Assembly: GCF_009914755.1 (NCBI RefSeq)
Contig: NC_060935.1
Reading direction: 5' to 3' (one strand)
DNA: 64,000 nucleotides
DNA from: the human T2T-CHM13v2.0 reference genome, Homo sapiens
Made by a program: the position numbers and the translations under genes. The notes beneath the pieces were generated by a model. It was given only the letters and a program-made list of their open reading frames with translations, had not been told where the DNA came from and did no database searches. This document shows, piece by piece, positions 37,960-50,909 of this stretch; position 1 is the stretch's first letter, and each line of letters opens with the position of its first letter.

Positions 37960-38480
37960 TCAACTGTTGGGCCAGATTGTGGAGAATAGGAAAATGACAA
38001 ATATCGTGTTTCTGTTCCAAAAAAGACAATAAACCACGTAAGTAGTCCTCCCTAGGTTAGTATACAAAGCAGGTGTGGGGGAAAATATGAGAAACAACCT
38101 TGTGGGTTCCAGTGAGGAAACACTTCAAAAAATATCATTTGATTAAGAGACAGCCCGCATGATTCAATGAGGAGGCGGAGGTATTGCCTTGGAAAAGCGT
38201 CAGATAAAGAAATACTAAATGCCTGTAGAAGTGTCGTGGGTATGGGGGCTAAAAACAGCTTGTGGAATGGCAAACTTTCTGAAAAACATGGCAACAGCAA
38301 GTGTCCATAAATGGCAACTTCACTCTCTGTGGATGAGTGGGAAACAGCAGAGGGTAATTTTTAGATTGCTTGTTTTTTTACGTTAGTGGAGTGCAGTGAT
38401 GCCATTGGAAATATTAAGAAGGATGAAAATGTGTTGGTGACGAAAGAACACTTATGAAAATAGAATAGCTCCAGGACGTG
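37960..38480 (+). mobile_element. CR1/L3 LINE reverse transcriptase relic
   Basis: Translation gives VENRKMTNIVFLFQK (~PEDWK.ANV.PIFKK), VSIQSRCG (~VSLTS..GK), LRDSPHDSMRRRS (~I.DSQHGFM.GRS), QQQVSINGNFT (~QRVVINGSFS) and KCVGD (~KFADD), in order. Confidence 0.7.
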
Positions 38481-39140
38481 GTAACCTGATGGAGATCGTT
38501 TGATGACTAAATACAGAATATTGTTGATACCTGAAAAATAGTGCTGTCAGCCAACTGACCAGAATAGACCTCTTTTTCTTTATGTAGCACGCTGGTGTAA
38601 AACAGTGTTCTCCACATAGGGAGGCCTTTTGGAGTTTCCTTCTTTATCTTTAGGTAACAGAAAATCTGAAATAATCAGATGTCTGAAGCTTGTGGGATTC
38701 CGGACAGTTATATTTTCTGATTATTTGTTTAATTGTTTATCTTGCTTCACAAATGTCTAAATTTCATTTTCTGCCTTTCTAATGGATACTTGAAAATCTT
38801 GCTACGCTGCAAGATTTCTTTGGATTAATAGGGCTTCTTTATCCATTCAATAGATTTTTCACTGAGTAATTGTAGTATAGCAGGTTTTACGGTGGGTGTG
38901 GATATCTTAAAGATGATTAAGATAAGGACCCTGCTTTGTAACATTCAAGGAACATTAAAGGTAGCCATTGAACCTGAAACAGATTGAGATGACTGCAGGT
39001 TGAAACAGAAACATATTCTGGAAGCTAACATAAGAACCCTAAGAGAGTATCTTTTATGATCATCAGACTCTTGTCTCCTAAATATGAGAAGCAAATACAT
39101 CAGATTGAAAAATCTAGTAAGCTAGATTCTGGTTGACTGA

Positions 39141-39518
39141 TGAAATGGTTTGGCTCTGGGTCCCCACCCAAATCTCATCTTGAATTGTAATCCCAGTGTG
39201 CTGAGGGACGGACCTGGTGGGAGGTGATTGGATCATGGGAGTGATTTCTCCCATGCTGTTCTCATGATAGTGAGGGAGTTCTCAGATCTTCTGAGGGAGT
39301 TCTCACAAGATCTGATGGTTTTACAGTGGCAGTTTCCCCTGCACCCTCTCTCTCCTGCCACCATGTAAGAATTGCCTTGCTTCCCCTTCACCTTCTGCCA
39401 TGATTGTAAGTTTCCTGAGGCCTTCCCAGCCATGCAGAACTGAGTCAATTAAACCGCTTTTTTAATAAAGTACTCAGTTTCAAGTATTTTTATAGCAGTA
39501 TGAAAGTGGACTAAGAAA
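39141..39518 (+). mobile_element. MSTA-like solo LTR
   Basis: 'tgaaatggtttggctctgggtccccacccaaatctcatcttgaattgtaatccc..ggactaa'; internal duplication of TGAGGGAGTTCTCA (39271-84 / 39292-305). Confidence 0.92.
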
Positions 39519-40437
39519 GTTGAGTTTAGTGTATATCAAACTATAATAAACATATTGTGAAATTCAGGTGCAATCTTATTATTTTTTGGATTAACATTTT
39601 TTATTACTTGCATGATTTCTATGGTAAGAACCCATTGTCCTGGATTATTAGGATGAAATTAAATATCCATTTTTAAAGTAAGATAAAACAAGCCATTTCT
39701 TAGCAAAGAATATGGCCTAAGGAAACTTTCTGAGGGCTAGGCATATTTGGGGGAAAAAAGTGCTTGGGAATTTGAAATTAATATCTAGTTAAGAAACATT
39801 GCAAAAGTTTTATTTTATCATGTGATTATAATCACACCTACAAAACACAAGTAATCCAAATGAGTAGGGCCTTTTGTGAAATTTTCCCACAAGCTTCTAT
39901 TGATTAAATGATCACTGAATAACCGTTGCACTGTGAAAGATACTCTAGAAAGCACTGGGTCAGAGTGGGGAACAGGATACAAAAATGGATAAAACACAGA
40001 ACCCAAGATGCAGTCAAAATGGAGACCAAGACATTTCCCATGCAGCTAAAGTACAATGTTGAATAAGATAGATGCTCTGAGAGAAGATCCAAAATTCAGT
40101 TGGAATTCAGAAGCCAAAGAAGTCACATGTAATTGCAGGGATATCAGGAATGACTTAGTGAAGGAGATCATGTTGAAGCTGAGCTTCATGGTTAGATATT
40201 TTAACAGGAGGAAAGTAGGTAAAGTGCCCAGATATACAGAATGCTGTGAGTACAATTATAGCATCAAAAAACTTCAGGTTATGCCTGGGGAATAAGTCAT
40301 GGTTCAGTCTGGCTAAAGTGATAGATTTTCAAATTTTGGTTAGTAATAAAACTCCTTTTTTTCCTTCGCCAAATGAAAGGTTATGCTGAACTCCAAAATA
40401 TAACATAAATCAAAATAACAAAGCTGTTCTAATTAAA

Positions 40438-40476
40438 GTGTGTGTGAGTGTGTGCATGTGTGTGTGTTTGTGTGTG
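40438..40476. repeat. Imperfect (TG)n
   Basis: Interrupted TG run. Confidence 0.9.
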
Positions 40477-40497
40477 ATAGAAGACAACCAGAGGGAA

Positions 40498-40969
40498 TGT
40501 ATTAATGTCCTAGGGCTGCCATAAGAAATTACCACAACCTTGGTGGCTTAATGCAATATAAATTTATCCTCTCACAGTTTTGGAGGCTGTGTATGAAATC
40601 AAGGTGTTAATCAGGCCATGTTCCTTCTGAGGGCTCTAGAGAAGAACCCTTCCTCACTTCTCCAAGTCTCTGGTGACTTCCAGTAATTCTTGGTGCTCCT
40701 TGGCTTGTGGCAATCTGATTCCAATCTCTGTTCCGTCTTCACATGGCCTTCTTTCTTGTGCCTCTATGTGTAACTGCATCCAAATCTCCTACTTCCTCCT
40801 CTTATTAGGACACAGTCATATTGAATTTAGGGTACACTCTAATTCTATATGACCTAATCTTAACAAATAACATCTGCAATAACTCTTTCCAAATAACATT
40901 ACATTCACAGCAATCTGGGGTTAGAACTCAACATATATTTTATTCAACCTGTCAGTTCAACCCATGACA
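40498..40969 (-). mobile_element. MLT1C-like solo LTR
   Basis: TGTATT..CCCATGACA termini; TSD GGGAA/GGGAT. Confidence 0.9.
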
Positions 40970-41089
40970 GGGATGATTTTTGAGATTCTGAGCTCCCCTT
41001 GCTTCAACTGCTACCCTCTTCTAAAGTGACCATTGAGGCACCTCGACCGAGCCTTAGGACTGCCCATCCTGAACACTGAAAACCACTGG

Positions 41090-41270
41090 GCCAGTGCCGT
41101 CTCCCCATATTGCTGGATCAGGAGAATCATCTAAGGTCTTTCTTATACACAGAATCCCTGAGCCCCACCCCAATCTACTGAATCAGAATCTTGCAGTCTG
41201 TGTTTCTATCAAGTGCTGGAGGGCAGTCATGATAGACTAGTCAAGTTCATAATGAACGCTGTGCTAGAGC
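41090..41270. mobile_element. MER5-like MITE
   Basis: 'agaatcatctaagg..ccccaccccaatctactgaatcagaatct'. Confidence 0.7.
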
Positions 41271-41439
41271 AGAGGGCCATTTTGGAAACTGGACTGAAAA
41301 GGCAGATTATAGAGAATGTTGATATCAGGCTGAGGGACAGTAGCTTCAAGAAGAGTTTGCAGGAAACATCTTCCTGATGCTCATCATATCACACTGCATT
41401 CAGGTCTCCTGGTGTGTTAATACATGAGAAAAGTCCCAA

Positions 41440-42060
41440 CAGCAAGTGTCTAAGGGTTTCTCCTCACCACGGAGGCTGCTCTGGTGCCTTTGGGGTCTAT
41501 GATCCCAGCCTAGAATTCCTATGGTTCCCCATCCTAAGGGCGAGCTCCAGGTTACAGAGCTGAGGGGAGCCTGGGTTTGAGGGGTGACCTGCAAGGCAGT
41601 GGGCCAGCAGGCCCTGCAGGCGAGGCTGCTGCAGGCCTCCTTTTGCTGGCCAAGGAAGAAAAGCCTGTCACAGCAGCTGCCTCGTGTTTCCTCATTAGGG
41701 TTGCCTCCACCTTGAGCACACGTGTGGGAGCAAGCGAGGGAAGTCAGCCTAGGAGGGGAGCTGCCGGGCCTAATGGGCGGATGGGCCGCAGGGGAGGGAA
41801 GGCATGCTGTTGGTGACTCAGAGTCAGCGAGAGGTGGATTTCGCCAGCAGGAAGTTGGATTCAGGAGGCACTGCCGGGTACTTTTCCATCCTCCCTCCTC
41901 TCCCCCTCCCCACCATGATCCTGTGGTTCAGGATGCCAAAATGCACAGGCCAAACTCAGCTTGTTTCCTAGAACTGCACGAACTGTTTGGACTGACTTGA
42001 ACTGGTCAAAATAAAACAACCGAGGAACCTGTCAAAATCCAGTGAAGAATGTACAGCTCT
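41440..42060. promoter_or_regulatory. GC-rich unique island, candidate enhancer or promoter
   Basis: Appears to be the most GC-rich unique stretch in the window; E-box CACGTG 41719-24, GC box GGGCGG 41775-80, G4 motif 41755-98, AP-1 TGACTCA 41814-20. Confidence 0.55.
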
Positions 42061-42214
42061 GCTTTTGTGCAGGTGATTGTTTTGAATGACAGTGTTTGTG
42101 ACCAACAACCCACCACTATTTTCTACCATCAATCATACTCTACTCCAATCAGAAAAAAAAAGAGAAATAAGAATTTATGAGAGATGCTCTTTAAAAATAG
42201 AAATTGTGTCATTG

Positions 42215-42360
42215 AAATCTCACAACAAACCTTAGAAGCAGTTATCCCATTTTATAGATGAGGAAACAGAGGCTGGAGACCTCTCCTGCTCTTTCGTACG
42301 GTCAGTAAGATACAGAGCTGTAATTTATATCTCACTCTGTCTGGCTCCAAAGCCCGTAAA
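42215..42360 (-). mobile_element. MIR SINE
   Basis: 'ttatcccattttatagatgaggaaacagaggct'. Confidence 0.8.
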
Positions 42361-43689
42361 TGCCTGAGTCCAGGCTCCCTCCCAGTCAGTTGTTTCTCAG
42401 CACTGACTCTGCGGGGCATCCTCCTGTACCCATCCCAGCTCGGATTCTCTTTTCTCACTTTTGATGGCTTTCCCTCTCTTCTGCACCTCTCCGTGTGTTA
42501 TCTGCTCTTTAGAACAATAAGTGAGCCGACCTAAGTCCGGAATCAGTTAAAATTACATCACCACCCTGGCTGTGTGAATCCGACATATGTAATTCCTCCA
42601 AGTCTTTCTTAATATGGAGGCAGTAATAATAATTACTTACAAAGCAGTTATGCATAGTATGTAAAAGAATACATGAAAAGTGCTACAATATAGGTAGCAT
42701 ACATGTTTTATTACTCAAGTAATAATTTCTGGTCTGTTTGAGAAGCAATGACTTATTTTGTACTTCCTGCCCAAATCACATCACATAATAGCTACACGCT
42801 TGCTTGTTTCATGTGTGTCAACTTTGTATCCCAGAGGAGAATTTAAAGTACTTATGGACATTAGTCAATGCTTATGATATTTTTCTTTCTATATCTTGTG
42901 CTGGTCATTAGCTTAGATGCACAATAACTATAGATTGAAAGTCTTTTATTATAACAGTCAAAACAATTAAATTACATTCTATATGTAGAGCCAACCACCA
43001 ACTAATTACTGTTGTTCATTGTACAGCATTTCAGATATAAAAAATTGATTATGTCCTGCATATCTTTTTTCTATCCCATTCTTCCTGTCTCTTCCTTCTT
43101 TCCCTAACTATTAGGTACCTTCTTAGTTATTAATACTGGGCAAACCACTGTGTTGGATGCGGTGAGCCATATCTATAAGGAATAGATAGGAGAAATGAGG
43201 GTACCCCGGGGCCTGAATACTCAACCAGCACTTCTGATAATCACAACGAATTCCACAATTGACATGGAAGATATAGGACAAAGAAAAAGACTAAAGTCAC
43301 ACTTAACTATTTTGTTTTTGGTTTTGTTTGTTTTTTCCTTAAATTGCCTTGCAGTACCCCTAGCTGAGCTGTAATGCTTGCAATTGCAGGGAATCCTTTG
43401 GAATAGACCAGTTTCCCAAAGCATGGTCCTCAGATCACTTCCATAAAACTCACATCAGGACGATATCACAAATAACGTTAAGCACATCAGTTTGAAAGGA
43501 ATACTGTGAGGAAAATATTCCTGAAAGGTGCTGCCAAAAGGCCAAAATTTCCAGGACAAAAACCATGCCTTGGAAAAAAAATATTTATTACATAGTTTAT
43601 GTACTGTAGCTTTATTTCTATATTTTAGTCTAAGTAATACATGTGCATATTTTAAGATACCAAAGAGTACATATAATTTTTTATATATA

Positions 43690-44540
43690 TACATAAATAG
43701 CACTCCTTTGCTTTACTCTTCCCTATTCTACCTTATCCTTCAGATTCTCTTCTCAGAGGGATTCATTTCAACCCTCATACCTATTGATTTGGGTATTTAC
43801 CTCCGAGTTTCTAAATAACATGCTTATACTGCTGTTTCTTGGTTTGGTAACTTTAGACGTTAGTTATTAACTGCCCGTGTTGAGGTAAGTCAAGATTTAC
43901 CTCTTTTATAGTCCTTCTTTCCATTTATTTCTGGAGATTTCCTTTTCAGTTCTGGGGAATTTTGCTATATCCCTTCTCTGATAAATTTATCACTTCTATG
44001 TATTTTTAGTTTCCCTGCTACCCACACTAGAGAGATGTTAAACTTCCTGTTTGACCCTCTATTTCTCCTTTCCTGTTTTTCTTTCTTCTTTCCTATTTTC
44101 TCTTGGTCCTTTTGCGTACTTTCCTAGAGATTTTCTTGATGCCTTCTTCTAAACCTCCTATTGAGTGTTTTATTTTGGCTACTTTAAATTACCAGGAGTG
44201 ATTTCTTCTTTGCTACTTGTTTCTTTATTTTCATGGAATCCTCTTCTTATTTGGATGCAAAAAAATTTAATTATCCTTTGTTAATTGTGAGGCTATTAAG
44301 TATGGATTTATTTCTGTTTGTTTGCCTGCTTGAGTCTTTTTCTTTCATGTTGGAAGCCTTACTAAAACACCTGCTGATCCTTAGCTGTCAGTTCCTACTC
44401 AAGTGTGAGGCACCGAGAGACCAATTGAGAGTTCTGTGTCTGAGATTGGATTGGTGGACTACTATCAGATGATTGAATGGTGAGCGACACATTTCAATAG
44501 GAAGATCCACCAAATTTCACGGATTTTCTGGAGATTGTTC
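43690..44540 (-). mobile_element. Old L1M fragments
   Basis: 'ttcagttctggggaattt', 'cttctaaacctcctattgagtgttttattttggcta'. Confidence 0.55.
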
Positions 44541-44885
44541 AGTTTTCCAAGGGAAAAAAAGAAGCATATAGTATTTTTCTTGGAAAATAGGTCTTATGGA
44601 GTCTTATAAGCCATGGTAAAAAGTTGAGATTTAATTTAACGTAAACATTGGCAGCCCCATAAGGGTTTTGTGTAGGAGAGTGCTAGGATCTGATTTGTAT
44701 TTTTAAGTGATAATTATAACTGTGACATATGGGGACAAGTGTGAAACCAGAGAAATCAGTATATCAGGAGTAGTCCAAATGAGATTGAGTGCTCTATTCC
44801 TTACCACTGTAGCTGAACCATTCCTGAGGAATCAGTTTTTTGTTTTGCAAAGGAGTCTTGGGGCTTTCCAATAGAAGAAAAAGAT

Positions 44886-44930
44886 CAAAAACACAAAACA
44901 AAACAAAACAAAACAAAACAAAACAACAAC
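44886..44930. repeat. (CAAAA)n microsatellite
   Basis: Pentanucleotide run. Confidence 0.95.
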
Positions 44931-45384
44931 AGCCACTTCTTCTGCAAACCCCCCCAGAAAGAGTTCAGCAGATAAGGAAACATTTGGAATCCTTAGCCCA
45001 CTTAGAGTCCAGCAGGTGACAATGAAGTTTGTTGAATTTGTTTTTGATATTTTATATCTGGAATAACTTAACACGAAAATACCCCTGTCCAAGTTGCAGA
45101 GGCTAACTTAAATATCAAGTGTATTTAACTTTCGCTGGAATTATATAAGCTAAGCTTTTTCATTCATTCAACAAATAGCTGTTATAGAGATTATATTCTA
45201 GTTATTATACTAGCTTGTTCAAGTTTATGGTTGGAAATTCTATACATCTTTGGTTAATTAAAAAAGAAAAGGAATTTATTATTTAATAAAATTTGGTAAT
45301 TCATATATAATTAGTTTATACAGACAAATGTTTCAAAAAAGGTTTCCATAAAGGAAAAACATGACTAAAAATAGTCCTTGAGAA

Positions 45385-45570
45385 GTGGTAGAGGATAATG
45401 GTTAAGAAGACAGAGTGTCTGAGTTCAAAGCCTGCTGCTTCCACTTACAAGCCGAGTGCCCTTGGGGAAATAACTTAATATCCCCAAGTCTTAGTTCATG
45501 TTTCTACAGAATAGGAACAATAATAATAGAACCTACTTCACAAGGTTGTTGTGAGTACTTGGGTGAAGTT
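45385..45570 (+). mobile_element. MIR SINE
   Basis: 'ggataatggttaaga..ccttggggaaataacttaa..acctacttcacaaggttgttgtgag'. Confidence 0.82.
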
Positions 45571-46089
45571 ATTATTATTACTTTGAGGATAAAATACTTA
45601 GAAACTAACTACTTTAGATGATATGGTTTGACGAGGCATCTAGTTGGGGAGACCACACTGGGACTCCACAACTGGAAAGTAAAGTAAATCTGAATTAAAG
45701 TTGTCATCCAAACTGCCAGTACTGAGAAGCAGAAGAACTAAGATGTGCTCAATTTGATATGGGGCTCATGAGGGGAAACATCTCAAAGGGGTTGAGTCTC
45801 ATATTTGGTTTTCAAAGTATAGAACTTTAAAATAAAAGTGAATGTGGAAATCATCCAGTTCGACTTTCCTCATATACTCTTTGGCATTCCTCATCTAGTG
45901 GGAAAATGAGAGGAGGGGAAGGAAGATAACATAAGACTGATCGATGAGAAGCTTCCTGCTGCAAGGCAATTGTGCTCAAGGCTGAGGGCGCTTCTGTGAG
46001 ACCAGGTGGAATTGCTTCCTTTCCCCTCTGATATCTACTAGCCCACCAGATGGACTCTTCCTTTGCCCTCTGATATCTACTAGTGCCCC

Positions 46090-47555
46090 ATATTAAGTTT
46101 ATTCTGTTCCCTTACTGGTTCTCCATTATAGTGGATTATTACAATTTCTTGGAAGAAAAAATAAAAAGAGATTTAGTGGCATAAGTTACAGTACCCACTG
46201 CTGTGGATGGTCCTGAAGCCACTATTGATACTTATCGTCTCCTTCCTATACCATCCATCTAGATTTCCCTCATCCTCATCCAAAACTTCTGCTTTTCTAG
46301 GTTGCTTGGCCTATTGAGTAATCCAGACCTTTATCCCTGAGAGGGTCAGCGTCCTTATTACTGGCCCTAGTCAGTCTGTTGCTTCTGGAATTGATGGTTC
46401 ACGTTTATCAACAGTCGGAAAATAGCAAGAGATGCCCCAGTGAATCCCCTAAGTTCCACACAATTCTCTCTACTACTCCAACTCCATAGCAGTAACCTTC
46501 TCATGCTTCCTAGGGTTAGCTACTGCTGACAATATAGAAACTTTCAGTGGTTCCTGTCAATAGAAAGCCCCAAATGATCAGGCAGCAGGTACAGCTTTAG
46601 GATTAAAAGGACCTTTACTGTCTGCTGGCAAAAGTGCCTCCCCATGGAGACCAGTAGAATCTGAAGTTGTGGAAATGCGAAGCACAAATTCCCTTAGCAG
46701 ATCACTGGAAGTAGTTGTTTCATCCTTGAGTTCCCAGATTCTGGTATTCTGTTAGAAATGGAACACTACATAATGACCATTGGTTAGAACCATATACTAT
46801 ATCTTGAAGAACAGCACTCCAATTCTGCAAGGTTAATCCCTAAGCTGGTGTATTAACTACATCTCTAGAGGCTATTCCAACATTCTATCAGGCCAGCAGC
46901 TTCCAGATAATGCAGTATTGGTAGGAAAAGTTAGTCTCATCATCACATGCCCATTTCACGTCTCCTTTGTCTTAAAGTGAGTCATTTGTCTGAGGGGATA
47001 TTATATGGGATCTCAGTAAATAGACAGTCTCTAAACCATTAAATAATGATGCTGACCAAGATATTACAGGCAGAGAAGGAAAATTCATAACCAGAATATA
47101 TTATCAATTTCAGGATGATTCACTACACTTTTAGAGTGGAGACAGATATCATTGACTTACCAACAAATGGCTGGTTGGTTTCCTTGAGGAATGGTACTAT
47201 ATCAAGGGCTCAGTGTTAGTATCCCAACCTGTTGGCATTAGCCAACAAGTTAAATATTTGACAGTAGGGATTACTACATTAGCCTTGGTGAGTGGGAAAC
47301 CATGCTGTTGTGTCCATGCATAGCCTCTATCCCTGCCACTACCACTGTTCAAAATCATATGGGAATGATGTGGAGAGGCCCGAGTAGATGCTGCACACAC
47401 GGTAGGTTTGCAACATGGTTGAGGAACACTGAGCTTGGGGAGTTACTGCTTTTGTAGCAAGCGAAAGCAATTCTGCTCTTTGTATGAGGGTAGAAATAGC
47501 CCCATTTCTTTTACTCAGTGTAAACATTTTGAAAGTCATCTATGTTGTATATTAC
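46090..47555 (-). mobile_element. ERVL-class internal fragment (pol integrase region)
   Basis: ORF 47197-47400 GRDRGYAWTQQHGFPLTKANVV..YLTC matches the ERVL integrase HHCC region (GRDGGYAWAQQHGLPLTKADL..CPTC); ERVL-like sequence probably resumes at ~48165-48330. Confidence 0.8.
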
Positions 47556-48130
47556 TTATAATGTACTCCTTTTCATTGCTACTTCACTATAAGGATATAC
47601 CATGCTTTGTTTATTCATTAGCCTGTATATTTCACTATGAGGATATCCTATGCTTTGTTTATCCATTCACCTGTTGATGGACATATAGACTGTTTCCAGT
47701 TTTTGGCTTTCATGAATAAAGCTGCTTTAAAAATGCATATACAAGTTTTTGTACAGACATATACTTTCTTTTCTCTTTAGTAAGCACCTAGGAGTGTATG
47801 GATGCATGACATGAGAGGTGTGTCTTAACTTTTTAAAAAATCACCAGTTTTTTTCTAAAGTGGTTGTTTTGTGAGAGTTCCAGTTCCATCACATCCTCTC
47901 CAACATTTTGTATGGTCAGTCTTTTTAATTTTAGCTGTTTTAGTAAGTGTGTGGTGGTATCTCCTTGTGGTTTTAATTTGCATTCCCTAATGACTAATTA
48001 TGTTGATCATCTTTTCAAGTGCTTATTTGCCTTCTGGGTTTCTTTCGTGGCAAGGCATCTGTTCAAATGTTTTGTACACTGTTTTATTGGTTTGTTTTGA
48101 AAGTTATTATTGAGTTTTGAGAGTCATATT
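47556..48130 (-). mobile_element. L1M fragment inserted in the ERVL sequence
   Basis: 'tttatccattcacctgttgatggacat..ttccagtttttggct', 'tgtggttttaatttgcattccctaatgactaat'. Confidence 0.85.
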
Positions 48131-49289
48131 TTTGTCTTTATATTTTTGGTATATGAGTTAAGCTTTATTCTTGTTAGCTGTCCATCTACCTTACCTTTGG
48201 CACATGCATGGTTTATTAGCAGTCACCTTAGATTCCTGTGGCTCAAGGATCATGGTTGCCATTTTGGTCTTGTTTCCCATTTCAATAAGTCTCTGCTTGG
48301 GCCATGCTGTGACTTGGTCCTATATAACCTATATGTCTAGAGCCACTGCTATCCAAAAGTATTTTCTGCAGTGATTGAAAGTTCTATATATTTGACATAA
48401 TTGCACTACCCTATTTGAAAAATCAACTTATTAAGACTGTGTTTATCTTTGTCCCTTTTCTACCTTTGCAAAATAAGTAAAACAGAGGGGCATAAATCTT
48501 TATAATGAAATCTATCTTAAAATTCAGTGAGTTCACATAAAACACTTAAAAGTATAAGAGTTCTTTTAAGTGTATACAGTAAGAACCACACATATGCTAA
48601 AAGTTAATTAACAATAAATTTTCTAATTAGTCAAATATATTTTTCACTCTTCTCAAAACAATGAGGGAAGATAAAGGCAGATCCTGAAGAAGCCAAGATT
48701 ATCTTACAATGAGTCTGTCTCAAATGAAGGACTTTGCATGGTTTCCAGGCCATGGAGGGATGCTCTTCTTTATCCATGTGGAGGCAGCCTCTTCTGCCAG
48801 CCCAGAAGGGTGAGGGGAATCTGAGTTTGTTCTCAAGCAGATTCACCAAATATTCTCACTCCTGTTCTCAAGAACCCACTCCTTCCTTTTAGGACCTGAA
48901 CTCTCACATAAGGGTCTTGCCAGAGCTGTGAATTTAGCCTCCTTTTTAACTCTGTCATTTTTACAATCAGATTTTGGGTGTTATTTTCAGCCATAGTCTG
49001 CCTTCAAGCTGCAGGAAATTAAGTCTCTTCATGCTGCCATGGAGTCACGCCACCTTTCACATTATGCCCTGAGTTGATAGTTGGCTGATCTGTCATTGTA
49101 TTTTCAAGTTTTCTGTTGCCATTAAAACAACACAGACAACTTCATTTTTATGCTTAATATTGCATTCCTGTCTTTAAAATCCTAGAGCTAATGCCTAAGC
49201 CTTCTACCCGCATTTCATCCCAACCCTCAGGAGATGAACATCTTAGTAATTGTGATGCAGCACATGCTGTACACGTGCCAAATAAATTA

Positions 49290-50090
49290 CTTGTACTGAA
49301 ATCTTTAAGGGAAACCCCAAAGTAAGACAAAGATTTCAGTGCAAGTTATTTATTTATTTAGGGAGTGTATTCGTCCATTCTCATACTGCTAATAAAGACA
49401 TACCCAAGACTGGGTAATTTATAAAGGAAAAAGGTTTAATTGACTTATACTTCAGCATGGCTGGGGAGGCCTCAGAAAGCTTACAATCATGGTGAAAGGG
49501 GAAGCAAACACATCCTTCTTCACATGGTGGCAGGAAGGAGACATGCCAAGCAAAAGGGAGAAAAGTCCCTTTTAAAACCATCAGGTCTTGTGAGAACCCA
49601 CTTGCTTATCATAAGAACAGCATGAGGGTAACTGCCTCCATGATTCCATTACCTCCCACTGGGTCCCTCCCATGACACACGGGGATTATGGGAACTACAA
49701 TTCAAGATGAGATTTGGGTGGGGACACAGCCAAACCATATCAGGGAATGATCCTAGGAAGCTATGTTAGGCAAGTGGAGAGGTGAGACAGGGAAGGGAAG
49801 AAAGCTAATATGTGTGCTTATGAGCACACTGGGAATTATAGGGCACCATGTAGAAACTGTCTCAGAGGCTGAGCTTGTTGAGTATTTATCAACCAACTAC
49901 CATTCATCATTGGTGTGTGGCTTCAACACCTCAGTACTTCAGTCCACCTTGTGAATAGGAAGAAAATGCTCCTGAGATCAGAGAAAGCACTCTGGAAAAG
50001 ATTCACTAGTGCTGGCAGAAAGAGTAGTCAGCATGTATGGGAACAATGAGTACTGAGTGGATACGGTCAGAGGCCTGGCAGTATAAGGCA
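49290..50090. mobile_element. LTR16-like ERVL LTR interrupted by THE1
   Basis: 'gatttcagtgcaagttatttattt..gggag' continues after the THE1 as 'atgatcctaggaagc..gtgagacagggaagggaagaaagc'. Confidence 0.6.
49366..49742 (-). mobile_element. THE1-family solo LTR
   Basis: TGTATT.GTCCATTCTCA..CAAACCATATCA termini; TSD GGGAG/GGGAA. Confidence 0.95.
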
Positions 50091-50099
50091 CAATGCCCT

Positions 50100-50560
50100 A
50101 TCCCTTATCTTCTGTTCATTCTTCTCCTGCACAACTCATAGCAACCTTGGTTCTCTTGAAGATTTACAGTTTCCTTCAAAAAAACATTTGTTTTCTTACT
50201 TCAATGTCATTGCTCATGCTATGTCTTTGCTTGGAATATCCTCCATCCCCAGAGGAGGCCCGCCCCACTTCCCTGGTGAACTCCAACTCTTCTTTTAAAT
50301 CTTAATTCAGCTGCCACTTCCTCTTGGATGGATTTCCAGCTTCCCTTGGGCAGAGTTGCATTGTCCTCTAAGCCCACTTAATGCTCTGTGCATATTTCTG
50401 CAACAGCGTGTTGCTGTTGTTGCAATGCTTTTTTTGTCCCCAAGGAACTTGGAGCAGCTTATAAAAGGATTTCTCTTATTCACCTTATTTCTTAAGAACA
50501 TAGCATGGGGCCTGGCATTGTGTAAAGTATCAAAGGCTGTTGAATGAATAAACAAATAAA
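50100..50560 (+). mobile_element. L2 3' end
   Basis: 'ttgctcatgctatgtctttgcttggaat', tail 'tgttgaatgaataaa'. Confidence 0.75.
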
Positions 50561-50637
50561 TGTCATGTACTATAGCTCAGATCCTTTTCAAGGTCTCATA
50601 GCTAGTTAGTAACAAAGCTAGGAGTAGAATTAATGTC

Positions 50638-50909
50638 TTTTTTTAAATTTTTTTTATTGTACTTTAAGTTCTAGGGTACATGTGCACAATGTGCAGGTTT
50701 GTTACATATGTATACATGTGCCATGTTGGTGTGCTGCACTCATTAACTCGTCATTTACATTAGGTATATCTCCTAATGCTATCCCTCCCCCCTCCCCCCA
50801 CCCCACAACAGGCCCCGGTGTGTGATATTCCCCTTTCTGTGTCCAAGTGTTCTCATTGTTCAATTCCCACCTATGAATGAGAACATGTGCTGTTTGGTTT
50901 TTTGTCCTT
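50638..50909 (-). mobile_element. Young L1PA (L1PA4-like) 3' end, 5'-truncated
   Basis: 'actttaagttctagggtacatgtgcacaatgtgcaggtttgttacatatgtatacatgtgccatg..ccctccccctccccccacc'. Confidence 0.95.

Noticed and set aside
41577-42000. Overlapping ORFs and a CpG-island call
   Set aside because: No homology is evident, and CpG density looks too low for a classical island.
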